From: a virus
Length of the DNA: 64,000 nt
Strand: one strand, 5' to 3'
IMG/VR virus record: IMGVR_UViG_3300045256_000282
Location: 32,001 to 96,000 of that record
The notes beneath the pieces are model-generated. The model searched no databases, was not told the origin of the DNA, and saw only the letters and a program-made list of their open reading frames with translations. Position 1 is the first letter of the stretch. The number at the start of each line of letters is the position of its first letter. Below, in pieces: positions 28,102 through 37,357 of this stretch. The translations under genes were made by a program, and so were the position numbers.

Positions 28102-28545
28102 CGGCAGCAACCGCCTTCCGTGCCTGGGCATCCAGCGCACCTGTCCGATTCCTTGGTCATTAAGGCTTCGCCTCTTTCGCCCATGCCTGCGCCGATCTTC
28201 TCGAGTTCGTCGATCATATTGGTCAAGTAATTGATCGTCTCGTCGCTGTTGTCGATGTTGTGAAGGTTACCGATGGCCTGACTGAGCAGGGCAGCGGCGT
28301 AACCGATGCTCTGGCAGAAGTTTGCGATCTCTAAAACTTGCCTGTTCATACGGCACCACAAGGGTTGGTAGGTTCAAGCACAACTACGCGAAGGTTCAGG
28401 TGATCAGCCAACTTCTGGAGAAGCTCCTCTGGCGAACCGGCCTCAATCTCGTGCGACGACCCAAGGTAGCCTCCAACCAGGGAGAGTCCATCAGACATCA
28501 CCTGGATAGGTTGCGTAACCTCGTTTACGATCAAGAAATATGTTT

Positions 28546-28959
28546 TCATAAAGCTGCCTCTTTCAAGTAATTTCTATAAGCTTTGCCTTCATTGTCGTGA
28601 AGGCCATCTTTAACCTCTAGGGTGAAGACCAGGTCACGAGCGATGGTAAGGCCCAACCTTACACCCTTATCGTGCCCAGCATCATTACCTAAAACCCAAG
28701 ACAATAAGTTAAACTTACGGGTTTTAATCTCATCCTGAAGCTCGAGATCAAGCTCGTTGATCCTGGAGCTGAACAAGACTGGGTCAAACTTTAGCGGGAA
28801 CCCGTTAAGTCGATCCCTTACGGAAAGCAAACCGTCCATGACCGCCTTGGTCTCAGCTTTAGTTGCGGCAAAGTCGAGTTGTCTTTGCAACATCGTGAAA
28901 ACTTCTAGACCTGACAAATCACTTAGCGACACGCAGCCTCCGAAACTCGGTTTGTTCAA
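28546..28959 (-). CDS. Hypothetical protein (start uncertain)
   Basis: ORF track; coupled to downstream ORF. Confidence 0.5.
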   Translation of the reverse strand: MNKPSFGGCVSLSDLSGLEVFTMLQRQLDFAATKAETKAVMDGLLSVRDRLNGFPLKFDPVLFSSRINELDLELQDEIKTRKFNLLSWVLGNDAGHDKGVRLGLTIARDLVFTLEVKDGLHDNEGKAYRNYLKEAAL

Positions 28960-29147
28960 CTTCTTCTACTGCCTTGATGATATCATTTATGAACTTAACG
29001 TCAAGCTCTCTCATGTGCAAACCACTCTCACCTTAGCGTTAGGACGACAGCGCCTAGCCTTCATCAGGTTGTCGTAAGCTTCTTGTTTTGTACTGTAGGC
29101 CTTATATGGCTCCAGTAAGTAGCCGTAGTCGTAAACAATCCACCAAG

Positions 29148-29393
29148 TCACTCTTCCACCTCGTGGATCGGCTTGTTAAGCTCAATCTCCATCACACGCC
29201 AATGGTATGAAAGCTCCCCGTCAAAGTGATAGACACGGTACTTACCGTTCTTACTTGGTTTACTGTGCTTGAAGTCAGATGTTGTCTCAAGGAAAGCCCA
29301 AGCCTTATCTTCGGAGTCGAACACGCCGACCACCTGCTCGAAGTAACCCTCCATCAGGGTATTGCTGTCTTTAAATGCCAGATAAACTTTCAT
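29148..29393 (-). CDS. Hypothetical protein (VVGVF.S..KA phage family)
   Basis: MKVY...VVGVFDSEDKA. Confidence 0.6.
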   Translation of the reverse strand: MKVYLAFKDSNTLMEGYFEQVVGVFDSEDKAWAFLETTSDFKHSKPSKNGKYRVYHFDGELSYHWRVMEIELNKPIHEVEE

Positions 29394-29590
29394 ACATCCT
29401 CATTTCTGTAGCTAAGGTCAGGTTTTTCCTTCGCATTTAGCAGAGTGTTTTACTCCACTAACAATGGCCCGACTTTCTTTTGATATTTTTACAACTATAA
29501 TCTTACAATCTTTTGAACAAGACTTTTTTGTTTCATAAAGAACTTTAAGACTAGTTTCATTTTTTCTTCTATTTCTTAGCCACAATTTTT

Positions 29591-29788
29591 TCACTTGTAA
29601 CCCTGAGCTTTCTCGACATCAGACGCCTTCGGAGCCTTCAACAACGTAACCTTGACCTCGTGGTCGTAAGCGTACCCAAGGGAATGCTCGAGGATGGCCT
29701 CCTTGACTCGCTCTGCCGTAGCCTCGTAGCCATCGGCAACCCAAGTCTCGTCAACCTCGATCTCAACCGTCCATTTGAACTTTTTCAT
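29591..29788 (-). CDS. Hypothetical protein
   Basis: KWTVEIEVDETWVADG motif, GGAG RBS. Confidence 0.6.
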   Translation of the reverse strand: MKKFKWTVEIEVDETWVADGYEATAERVKEAILEHSLGYAYDHEVKVTLLKAPKASDVEKAQGYK

Positions 29789-30094
29789 GTTACTCCCAAA
29801 TCACGTTTACGTAAACGCTGCCCTGTCCAGACAGATGTCGTTCAAAACAGCGCAGCTTTAACCGATACCCTTGAGATACAAAGTGCCTGTTTATGATGAA
29901 AAAATCAACTCCTTTGAACACGGTAAGCTCTCCGCTTTGCTTCTTACCTAGCTTTTTCTGTTTGGAGATCCTTTTTTCCATCTTGTTAATAAACTCTTGA
30001 ACCCGATCTCGCATCAGGTAGAGCACCTCTCCGCTGATCTCGCCAAAAACTGGGGTGACTGCCATTTCCTTGCAAGCTTGTCTTAAATCCATAA

Positions 30095-30496
30095 TTAATC
30101 CCACCGCTTCTCGAACATGTACCAGTGATCAGTCCCTGCGGCAGATGCGATGGCTTCCTTAGCCATGATGTCAAACATGTACTCGGTCGTAGGGAGTAAG
30201 AACATAAGCTCAAGAGCCTTGGCTTCGCCATCGGACATCATGCCCGGACCACGCTCTTGGCGAAGCCTATCGTCAAGCTTCATGATGAAGGCTTGATAAA
30301 CGTGCTCAGAATCTTTCCAGCGATGACCATACTCGATCACCTGATCAACACCATAGTCTGTACCGGCATCGCGCTTTAAGTAAGCAGCAAACTCTGACTG
30401 AGGCATAGCCTTGAAAAGGGAAATCTGATTCTCGATCGCAGCGATCGCCTTGGCCTTGAACTCTTTACCAAACTTCTTTGAATGACTGGTATACAT
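30095..30496 (-). CDS. Early hypothetical protein
   Basis: Own promoter and GAGGAG RBS. Confidence 0.7.
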   Translation of the reverse strand: MYTSHSKKFGKEFKAKAIAAIENQISLFKAMPQSEFAAYLKRDAGTDYGVDQVIEYGHRWKDSEHVYQAFIMKLDDRLRQERGPGMMSDGEAKALELMFLLPTTEYMFDIMAKEAIASAAGTDHWYMFEKRWD

Positions 30497-30514
30497 GTCG
30501 ATCTCCTCGGATAC

Positions 30515-30543
30515 AGTATCTCAAAGCCTATCAAACAAGTCAA
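30515..30543 (-). promoter_or_regulatory. Sigma70-type early promoter
   Basis: TTGACT-17-GATACT with TG extension. Confidence 0.75.
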
Positions 30544-30552
30544 CAATTAATT

Positions 30553-30629
30553 TGGTCCGCCACCAGGGGATTGCACCCTGCTCTAAACCGTTTATAAGAC
30601 GGTTCCAGACCACTAGCCCGCCGTGGCGA
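30553..30629 (-). tRNA. tRNA-Ile(UAU)
   Basis: Acceptor UCGCCAC/GUGGCGG-ACCA, anticodon arm ACCGU-CUUAUAA-ACGGU, T arm CAGGG-UGCAAUC-CCCUG. Confidence 0.85.
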
Positions 30630-31146
30630 GTTCAAACGTGAATTGTTAAGCCTTAGGTGAATCGTTTCGACGAGATGGCCCCTCGATGGGGATGATGTTC
30701 AGGCGAACACCAACGATACGAAAAGCCTGGTCCTTATTGTAAGACCTCGCGTGATACTGCTTGGCGTCTTCATGATTAGAGAACAGTGGGCCTTGTCGGC
30801 CAAACTTACCACGGCTTCCATCCTGAGTTCTCTCCTGAACGAGCAGGTGATATCCAATTTTTTCATGTGTCTTGCGTAGGCGTTTCATTTGTTCTTCCTC
30901 TTTCTTTCGATTCTCTTGATCGTTTTGATCATACCAATTGACATTAGCACAAAGTGAGACCGAAGCATAGCTCTGTTTGCTAGGATCTTTCGGATCTTGT
31001 TAAACCGTGGATACAGGATAAGGCGCTTCCACAAGGGAAAAGACTCAAGCCTAGCAAGGCCACTAAGCCTGCGCTTCTCGATCCTTTGACCCATCGCCAT
31101 CGTATCTCTCGCCATCTTTCTTGGTCCGTCCATATCTTCGTTCATT

Positions 31147-31434
31147 TTACGTATTAACCTCCTCTGAAAAATCAGTAAGTTTTGACAGAAAAACTCTCAT
31201 CTCATAACCGTGATCTTTATCAAGGCCCTCAGTGATACCAACATCTCCGAACCTCGAGGCCATGGTCACCCTGACTCTCAGGTTGTTCCAGGTAGCATAG
31301 AGCTTCGGAACTCCCCATCTCCATCGCCTAATCTGCCAGTAAGCAGGGATGCGCTTATACAAGAGGAACTTGCGAAGCGCCTTTGCTTGGCTCTTGTCCC
31401 TGATGTAGTCGTCGCAATGCTTAGGCTCGGTCAT
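31147..31434 (-). CDS. Hypothetical protein (RVTMASRFGDVGIT family)
   Basis: 95 aa; promoter 31441-31469 TTGACC-17-GATGAT, apparently leaderless. Confidence 0.65.
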   Translation of the reverse strand: MTEPKHCDDYIRDKSQAKALRKFLLYKRIPAYWQIRRWRWGVPKLYATWNNLRVRVTMASRFGDVGITEGLDKDHGYEMRVFLSKLTDFSEEVNT

Positions 31435-31480
31435 ATCGCAATCATCCCAGAATAATGTTATCAGGTCAACTCGCAGGTGT

Positions 31481-31681
31481 TTATGCTGCTTCCACCAAGG
31501 TCACTTCAACCTTTCCAAGGAAAGGACGATCAAACGTAGCGCCAATTGCACCCTCTTGAGAAAGCTTGATTACGTGAGCGGTGATCTCAGCAACCATAGG
31601 ATCGGCGAGAGCTTCTTGAGTCGTCATCTCTACCGTGGTGAAGTTACCTGAGAATGTTTTAAACTTAAATTGAACTTTCAT
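31481..31681 (-). CDS. Early hypothetical protein
   Basis: Own promoter 31703-31731 (TTGACA-17-GATGCT) and AGGAG RBS. Confidence 0.65.
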   Translation of the reverse strand: MKVQFKFKTFSGNFTTVEMTTQEALADPMVAEITAHVIKLSQEGAIGATFDRPFLGKVEVTLVEAA

Positions 31682-31731
31682 ATGCCGATCTCCTATGATT
31701 AGAGCATCTCAAATTCGATTAAATCTGTCAA

Positions 31732-32163
31732 CTATTTTCTTGATCGCAAATCCGCTATGTATTCACCATGGTGTGTCCCGTAACACGCACCCAGCGTATA
31801 CTCGTTCATTATGCTCTTAGGGCATCCGTCAGGGAGAGATGAGTTATCATGTCCCAACCCCATGGCGCAATGTCCAAGCTCGTGGTATATAAGCTCCTCA
31901 CGCGCTAGATCGTCAGACTGATCCCAGAACTCCTTATCGATCTCGATGTCACGTCTTCCGTCGCTGTAGGTTGTACACTGGCCAACTATCGGAGCCTTAG
32001 TATCTCCGAACACTGCGTTGATTCCAGCAGTATAAACTCCGATATCATTCTCGAATCTCTTCAGGTACGGACTGAGCACCTCATCTACGACCGCGACTGG
32101 TTTTGAGTCTCTCTTGCCGCAACCTGTCAGGATCATCATCGCTATCAGGATGATAACTCTCAT
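31732..32163 (-). CDS. Lipoprotein zinc metallopeptidase (HExGH)
   Basis: Lipobox LTGC; REELIYHELGHC..L.H...CPKSIM. Confidence 0.75.
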   Translation of the reverse strand: MRVIILIAMMILTGCGKRDSKPVAVVDEVLSPYLKRFENDIGVYTAGINAVFGDTKAPIVGQCTTYSDGRRDIEIDKEFWDQSDDLAREELIYHELGHCAMGLGHDNSSLPDGCPKSIMNEYTLGACYGTHHGEYIADLRSRK

Positions 32164-32164
32164 A

Positions 32165-32404
32165 TTATGACCCAACCACGTCGTAGATCGACACGAGGAG
32201 GTCACGAGCAACTTGAGCCTTACCTTGGGCTAACACGTCGCCGTTAAGCATAGCGTAGGCTGTGTAAACACCATTCTCGTACTGGATCTCGATGTTGCCA
32301 AGCTTTGTCTGGGTAACTGCTACTGCGCCAGTCTTACGAGCAAGGGCTAAGTCTTGGTTTGCGAACTTGATGAGTTGAGCTTTGATGACTTGTAAGTTGT
32401 TCAT
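32165..32404 (-). CDS. Early hypothetical protein
   Basis: Promoter 32424-32452 (TTGACA-17-GATACT) and GAGG RBS. Confidence 0.65.
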   Translation of the reverse strand: MNNLQVIKAQLIKFANQDLALARKTGAVAVTQTKLGNIEIQYENGVYTAYAMLNGDVLAQGKAQVARDLLVSIYDVVGS

Positions 32405-32462
32405 ATCGTTACCTCTTGAATACAGTATCTCAAAGGCGACTAAATATGTCAAATATTATCTT

Positions 32463-32520
32463 ACGTAACATAAAATTGTGTTACGTCTTGTGTTACACAT
32501 GTGTCTTTTGTGACACATGT
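32463..32520. repeat. Cluster of inverted and direct repeats
   Basis: ACGTAACAT/GTGTTACGT, ACATGTGTC/GACACATGT, TGTGTTAC twice. Confidence 0.7.
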
Positions 32521-32651
32521 CGTCGGTATGTCGTCGCCCATCTGTTGAGAGCTATCTCAAATGTTTAAAGCTTCGTGGCCTAAATGTTGAGAGCTTAAAA
32601 TTTGGCCGCATTATCGTAGCGGCTCCCCTCACGCGACTAGGGGTCGATTAA

Positions 32652-33077
32652 TTAGAACTCGATGCCAAGGGAGACCATACCAGTCTTGTTGGTAAGCCCT
32701 TGCACGCCTAACAGAAGGTCAGAGTCTTCGCCTAGGCGTCGGCTGTAGCCAAGACCACCCACGGCTCCGTACTTTTGTTCTGCTTCGATAGCTGTTCCGT
32801 TACGCTGAGCGTCGATGCCGTTAGGACCGACACCACCCATGATCTGAACCAGGTTCATCTTGCGCTTGACCACGGTACGAACGACCGCGATCTTCTTCTC
32901 GACGACCTTCTCCACGACCTTAACAACTGGCTTCTCTACTACCACGGTCTTAACTACCGTGCGAACCTGACAAGATGCTGGCTTCTTCTTAGCAACCGGC
33001 TTCTTGTGGCAAGGGCATTGGTCTGCCATTGCGTTTACCGACATCAAACCTACTACTAAAGCGATGATCATTTTCAT
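32652..33077 (-). CDS. Secreted / outer-membrane beta-strand protein
   Basis: Signal peptide (AMA-D), V/K/E repeat stalk, amphipathic strands ending SLGIEF; promoter 33097-33125. Confidence 0.65.
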   Translation of the reverse strand: MKMIIALVVGLMSVNAMADQCPCHKKPVAKKKPASCQVRTVVKTVVVEKPVVKVVEKVVEKKIAVVRTVVKRKMNLVQIMGGVGPNGIDAQRNGTAIEAEQKYGAVGGLGYSRRLGEDSDLLLGVQGLTNKTGMVSLGIEF

Positions 33078-33131
33078 ATGCGTTCTCCTTATGTCCAAGT
33101 TAACAAAATGGATTAATTTAGTCAAGATAAT

Positions 33132-33163
33132 AAAAAAGGGGGCGGTCGAAGGAAACCGCCCCC
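33132..33163 (-). terminator. Intrinsic terminator after PA14 lipoprotein gene
   Basis: GGGGGCGGT-ttccttcg-ACCGCCCCC then TTTTTT. Confidence 0.9.
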
Positions 33164-33170
33164 AGCACTC

Positions 33171-34451
33171 TTAGTGTGTCAAGAGTGACTTACCAACGAC
33201 CGTTCTAGCGATCGTTGAGGATGACCATTCAAGGAGTAACGCGATCTGTGTGCGAGGACCTTGGAAGTAATCGATCTGGAAGGCATGACTACCTTGCGAC
33301 AAGAAGCCAGTGGCGGTCTTGGTCGAAGGAGCATGCAAACCGTCATGATTAAGCGCCACAGCTCCGTCAAGCTTAAGGATCGCACCATCGTCAGCCGTGA
33401 GGTAGAACGTGTAGGTGTCTGCCTTAGCAACCGCAAGCTTACCTACGCAGCGAAGTCCGTACCACTCTAGGTACTTGGTTCGAACAGAGCTGTCGTTGAT
33501 CTTAGGGAAGCCGCCAGCGTAGTTCGTGTCGCCAACGTCGAGTTGGTCCATGACGAAGGTATACACCGGAGTCATCGTGCTGAAATCAGGTACGTTAGAA
33601 GGCTTAGTAGCGATCAGGTCGTACATCTTGCAAGACAATCCAGCCTGAACCGTGGGAGCCTTAGGCTTCTTCACGCAATAGGCGTTGTCGTACTTGTCTT
33701 TCTTGAGCTGCTCGGTAGCCTTACATTTAGGCGTACCGCGGCTGCTGATTGGGGCATCGTACACACGGCCAGCAAGAAGCGCTGCACCAAGTTCAAGCTC
33801 GTTCTCAACGTCCACGTCAACCGACTGACTTACGTTGGTCGTCTGAGTGTTCGTCTGCGTATTAGTCTGAGACTGGTTGTTTGACTGGTCCTGGCTGTTG
33901 CTGTTCGTCGAGCTGTTGTTCGTCGAGTTGTTAGCAGAGTTAGACGCAGTCCCGCTGTTGCTCACCGTGCCGCTGTTGTTGGCGTTGGAGCTTGACGTGC
34001 TGTTACCAGCCGAAGATGTCGAGCTACCGCCAGCTCCGCCAGTTGCCGATGCGTTACCGCTCGAGATCTGGTTGCTGTTAGAAGCCGAACCACCCTGAGC
34101 ACTACCGCCCTGAGAAGTTGACGTGTTGCTGTTGCTGTTCGTAGCGCTTCCACCCTGTGAGGTTGAAGTTCCACCAGTAGCAGTGCTTGAACCACCTTGC
34201 GAGGTTGAGTTCGAGCTACCGCCAGAGGCAGAGTTGTCGTTGGTGCTGTTGCCGCTGTTGCTGATGCTTCCACCAGAACCCCCTGCACCTCCTGCTCCAC
34301 CAGCACCGCCAGCAGAACTATTGTTGATGTCGATGTTGATCGTTGGCGCAGGTAAACCTGATCCACCGCTGCCAGTTTCGTATACTACCTTTTCCTTACC
34401 ACAACCCGTAAGAGCCAAAGCCCCTGCGAGGATAAAAATACTCGTTTTCAT
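33171..34451 (-). CDS. Lipoprotein with Gly/Ser/Asn-rich linker and C-terminal PA14 domain
   Basis: Lipobox LTGC; YTF.L.ADDG..L.LDG....HDG.H, G.H...IDYFQG...L.LEW; promoter 34493-34521. Confidence 0.85.
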   Translation of the reverse strand: MKTSIFILAGALALTGCGKEKVVYETGSGGSGLPAPTINIDINNSSAGGAGGAGGAGGSGGSISNSGNSTNDNSASGGSSNSTSQGGSSTATGGTSTSQGGSATNSNSNTSTSQGGSAQGGSASNSNQISSGNASATGGAGGSSTSSAGNSTSSSNANNSGTVSNSGTASNSANNSTNNSSTNSNSQDQSNNQSQTNTQTNTQTTNVSQSVDVDVENELELGAALLAGRVYDAPISSRGTPKCKATEQLKKDKYDNAYCVKKPKAPTVQAGLSCKMYDLIATKPSNVPDFSTMTPVYTFVMDQLDVGDTNYAGGFPKINDSSVRTKYLEWYGLRCVGKLAVAKADTYTFYLTADDGAILKLDGAVALNHDGLHAPSTKTATGFLSQGSHAFQIDYFQGPRTQIALLLEWSSSTIARTVVGKSLLTH

Positions 34452-34527
34452 GCGTTCTCCTTCGTTTTACGTAGGGATATACCTACACGTTGAATATATC
34501 CTGATCCATCGACTTGGTCAAGTATGT

Positions 34528-35661
34528 TTAAGCTTCTCGTAAACCATCGAAATCTTTAGCGTTACACTCTTCTTTAAATCGATCGTATTGCTTGTTCGCA
34601 TAATCCTTAAGACTCAAGGGCTTACCCACGTACGCTTCCATCGTCAGAGGAAACAGTCTACCCATCGAACCCTGACTCTTGATCGCGTAATCCTTGCGCG
34701 TCTCGTGCTTGTTCTCGGCGTGAAACTTCTCAACCTCTTTTAAGGCCCAAGAAAGCTCCTTCGTGACCACGGACTCGACCCTGCTCAGCAGCTCGAGTGC
34801 TGTTGGGTCGTCGCTAAGCGCAGCCCGCATGTCGTCTGCCTTCTCCTCAAGAACGGCCTCAAGGCAGTAACGGAAATTCAAAGCGCCATCTTTTACCTTG
34901 TGCTTCTGCACGTACCAGTCGGTCTTCACCTTGACCATCTGACCGCTCTTCAGCACCCAGATGAACCCCTCGATGTTCTCCATTTCCCGTACTATGTGCT
35001 GTTTAGTATAAAATGCCGTATCTAAATCAAACTTTTTCGTGCAGAATCCTTCGACGAAGTTCTCCCAAACCTTAGGGAACGTCTTGATCTGACTTATCGG
35101 CATGTACTTACCAGTGTACTTGTGCCTTACGTTCAGCACTACCAACTTCTCTTCCTGGTATTTCACAACGATTCGGTTGTTAGGAGCAACGTACTCCATG
35201 TTTACCGTGTACTCCATCCTGTCAAGCTCCAAAAGCTCGGACACGAACTTGTAACCCATGGAATATGCTAAGTTTCTAGCCCAAAGAGCCTGGTCTGACG
35301 ACAGAGTTCCCTTCGTCTTTGTGAACAAAACATTATCTACGACGTATGTTGATATCAAGCTACCGTCCAGCTTGGTCATAACCCTCTCCACATCGCTAGG
35401 CTCGATGCACTGGGTCATAGGATTCTCGTTTAGGTTGAAGAACTTCTCCATAGGACGAGATGCGATCCTGACCGGCTCTCCGCCGTCCATCTCAAACATG
35501 ATCCCGCGAGCCTCAAGAGCCCCGTCCTTCAGCCAATCCGCGTATGAGCAGTACCTGTAGTTGAATATTCGAAACGTTCGACCAAGCATGAACTCGTCCT
35601 TGTAGTAGAAAGAGTTCGAATCTTTGACCAACTTCATCAAGTTACTGTAAAGAAGCATCAT
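34528..35661 (-). CDS. rnlA: RNA ligase 1 (T4 Rnl1-like)
   Basis: FNY, EARG, KFFNLNE, motif I KLDGSLI, P.NRIVV.Y, EGF, VKVKTDWY. Confidence 0.9.
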   Translation of the reverse strand: MMLLYSNLMKLVKDSNSFYYKDEFMLGRTFRIFNYRYCSYADWLKDGALEARGIMFEMDGGEPVRIASRPMEKFFNLNENPMTQCIEPSDVERVMTKLDGSLISTYVVDNVLFTKTKGTLSSDQALWARNLAYSMGYKFVSELLELDRMEYTVNMEYVAPNNRIVVKYQEEKLVVLNVRHKYTGKYMPISQIKTFPKVWENFVEGFCTKKFDLDTAFYTKQHIVREMENIEGFIWVLKSGQMVKVKTDWYVQKHKVKDGALNFRYCLEAVLEEKADDMRAALSDDPTALELLSRVESVVTKELSWALKEVEKFHAENKHETRKDYAIKSQGSMGRLFPLTMEAYVGKPLSLKDYANKQYDRFKEECNAKDFDGLREA

Positions 35662-35704
35662 AGGCACCTCTACCACATGATAATATGTTTGCAAGGATTT
35701 TACA

Positions 35705-36346
35705 ATGAAAATTTTGCTACTTTCAGACACCCATGGCCAAAAAGTTAAGAATCTACCTAAGGCCGACCTACTGATCCACTCAGGGGACTGGTCAGGTGCT
35801 GGTACGTACAAGGAGACTCGAGACCTCATCGAGTGGCTCCAGACGATCAAGCACAAGTTCGGCAAGATTGTCGTAGTTCCCGGCAACCACGACAGATGGG
35901 TAGAGGCCAATCAAGCACAAGCCAAACGAGAGTTTGCAGATAACGACATGGAGCTTCTGATCCATGAGTCAACCTTCCATATGGGTGCTATCATATACGG
36001 TCACCCGATGACGCCGATCTTCGGTAACTGGGCTTTTATGGGAAATGATCGCCAGAGGAAGCTCGCGGCTGATGCTATACCTCTTGATACCTCGATCCTG
36101 GTCAGTCATGGTCCACCGCTGGGCTACCTGGACAAGCTAGCAGAGAACGGCTCGGCTCCAGGCATGTCCGTAGGGTGTAAGCACCTAGCAGAGGCGGTTC
36201 TACGGGTTCAACCTGAGATGCACGTATTTGGTCACATACACGAGGGAAGTGGAGTCATGACGCTGGGCAAGACATTACTGGTCAACGCGTCACACATGGA
36301 CGAGTACTACACGCCAACGAACGCGTTCAAGGTTGTTTACCTATAA
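35705..36346 (+). CDS. Metallophosphoesterase (calcineurin-like)
   Basis: SDTH, HSGD, GNHD, HGPP, FGHIH. Confidence 0.9.
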   Translation: MKILLLSDTHGQKVKNLPKADLLIHSGDWSGAGTYKETRDLIEWLQTIKHKFGKIVVVPGNHDRWVEANQAQAKREFADNDMELLIHESTFHMGAIIYGHPMTPIFGNWAFMGNDRQRKLAADAIPLDTSILVSHGPPLGYLDKLAENGSAPGMSVGCKHLAEAVLRVQPEMHVFGHIHEGSGVMTLGKTLLVNASHMDEYYTPTNAFKVVYL

Positions 36347-36531
36347 GCGGACATTTTATGGGGGTTAAATTAACCCTATTGACGACCTTTTTTGGGGGGT
36401 ATCCTTGGCGTAGCATTCCTTCGAACAGAAATGCATGATGCGACCCTTCTTCGTGGTGCGGGCGATACAAACCCTCTCACCATTGCCTAGTAAGATGCGA
36501 CAGATATCACAGATGATTCCGCCGATCTTGA

Positions 36532-36750
36532 TCACGCGGGGTCCTCTTCAAGCTCAGACCAGTTTGGATACTGATCTTTCGTGATTAAAACTTTCTCAGC
36601 CTCACCTTGGAAGTTGCTGTAATTTCGGTTCCAGTATAAAACAGTTGCCTCGGTACCCTCGTCAGTTTCTTTCACAGAACCGATGATAGCGATGTCGATG
36701 TCTAAGCAGTTCTTGTGACGGTAGTACTTCCAGGACTTAAACGGTGTCAT
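36532..36750 (-). CDS. Hypothetical protein
   Basis: MTPFKSWKYYRHKNCLD..., GAGG RBS. Confidence 0.55.
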   Translation of the reverse strand: MTPFKSWKYYRHKNCLDIDIAIIGSVKETDEGTEATVLYWNRNYSNFQGEAEKVLITKDQYPNWSELEEDPA

Positions 36751-36989
36751 CTGAGCACCTCTCCGCGTCCCTGTTCTCCTGGCATCCATCCTTCGGATAC
36801 GAGATCATAAGGACTCTTTTCCATGGCCTTTTCGCACTCTAGGTGCATACGGCCAGTGTTGAAGTCGCCTTCCCAATGGTAGGCTCTGTATAGGTGTTTC
36901 TCACCCTTCTCGATCTTGGTAGCGCATCATTCACAAGAGTAATCCTTCCGACCTTTTACGTAGCTAGATCGAATTTCAGTATAGCTCAT
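36747..36989 (-). pseudogene. Zn-finger-like phage gene with in-frame TGA at codon 21
   Basis: MSYTEIRSSYVKGRKDYSCE*CATKIEKGE...GDF...HLEC; ATGA-coupled at both ends. Confidence 0.65.
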
Positions 36990-37339
36990 TCTGGCCTCCG
37001 CTTGTAAAGCTCAATCTTGTAGATGCTATTGTAGGTCCTAAGAAGCCAGGTATCTGAATCTTCACCAGGTTCTGCGCTGATCGCAGCGCTAGTCCACATG
37101 CGATCACTCTTAAATCCGCGTCCGAAGCTCATGCACTTCTCGCCCGTCCAAGGATGAGCAGCAAATATAGCATCACCCACGTACACGTCACCAACTGGAA
37201 TCCAGGAGGATTGACCTTCTCGGTGTCTCGCAATCTTTGTAGCCCTGAAGATGGCATCACCCTTCTCGTCAAGCCAAGCCTGAAGTTTTGCCAAAGCCTT
37301 TTCGTCTACGGTATATGGTAAATCGTTATCGTTGCTCAT
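36986..37339 (-). CDS. Hypothetical protein
   Basis: WTS...T.NS.Y.IE motif. Confidence 0.6.
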   Translation of the reverse strand: MSNDNDLPYTVDEKALAKLQAWLDEKGDAIFRATKIARHREGQSSWIPVGDVYVGDAIFAAHPWTGEKCMSFGRGFKSDRMWTSAAISAEPGEDSDTWLLRTYNSIYKIELYKRRPE

Positions 37340-37357
37340 TTCTTCTTTCCTTCTCTT

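Noticed and set aside
33877-34542. Leu/Pro-rich plus-strand ORFs and apparent repeats
   Set aside because: Reverse complement of the Gly/Ser/Asn linker of the PA14 lipoprotein
35662-35910. N-terminal extension of RNA ligase in the ORF track
   Set aside because: Overlaps the divergent phosphoesterase; GAGGTG RBS supports ATG at 35661
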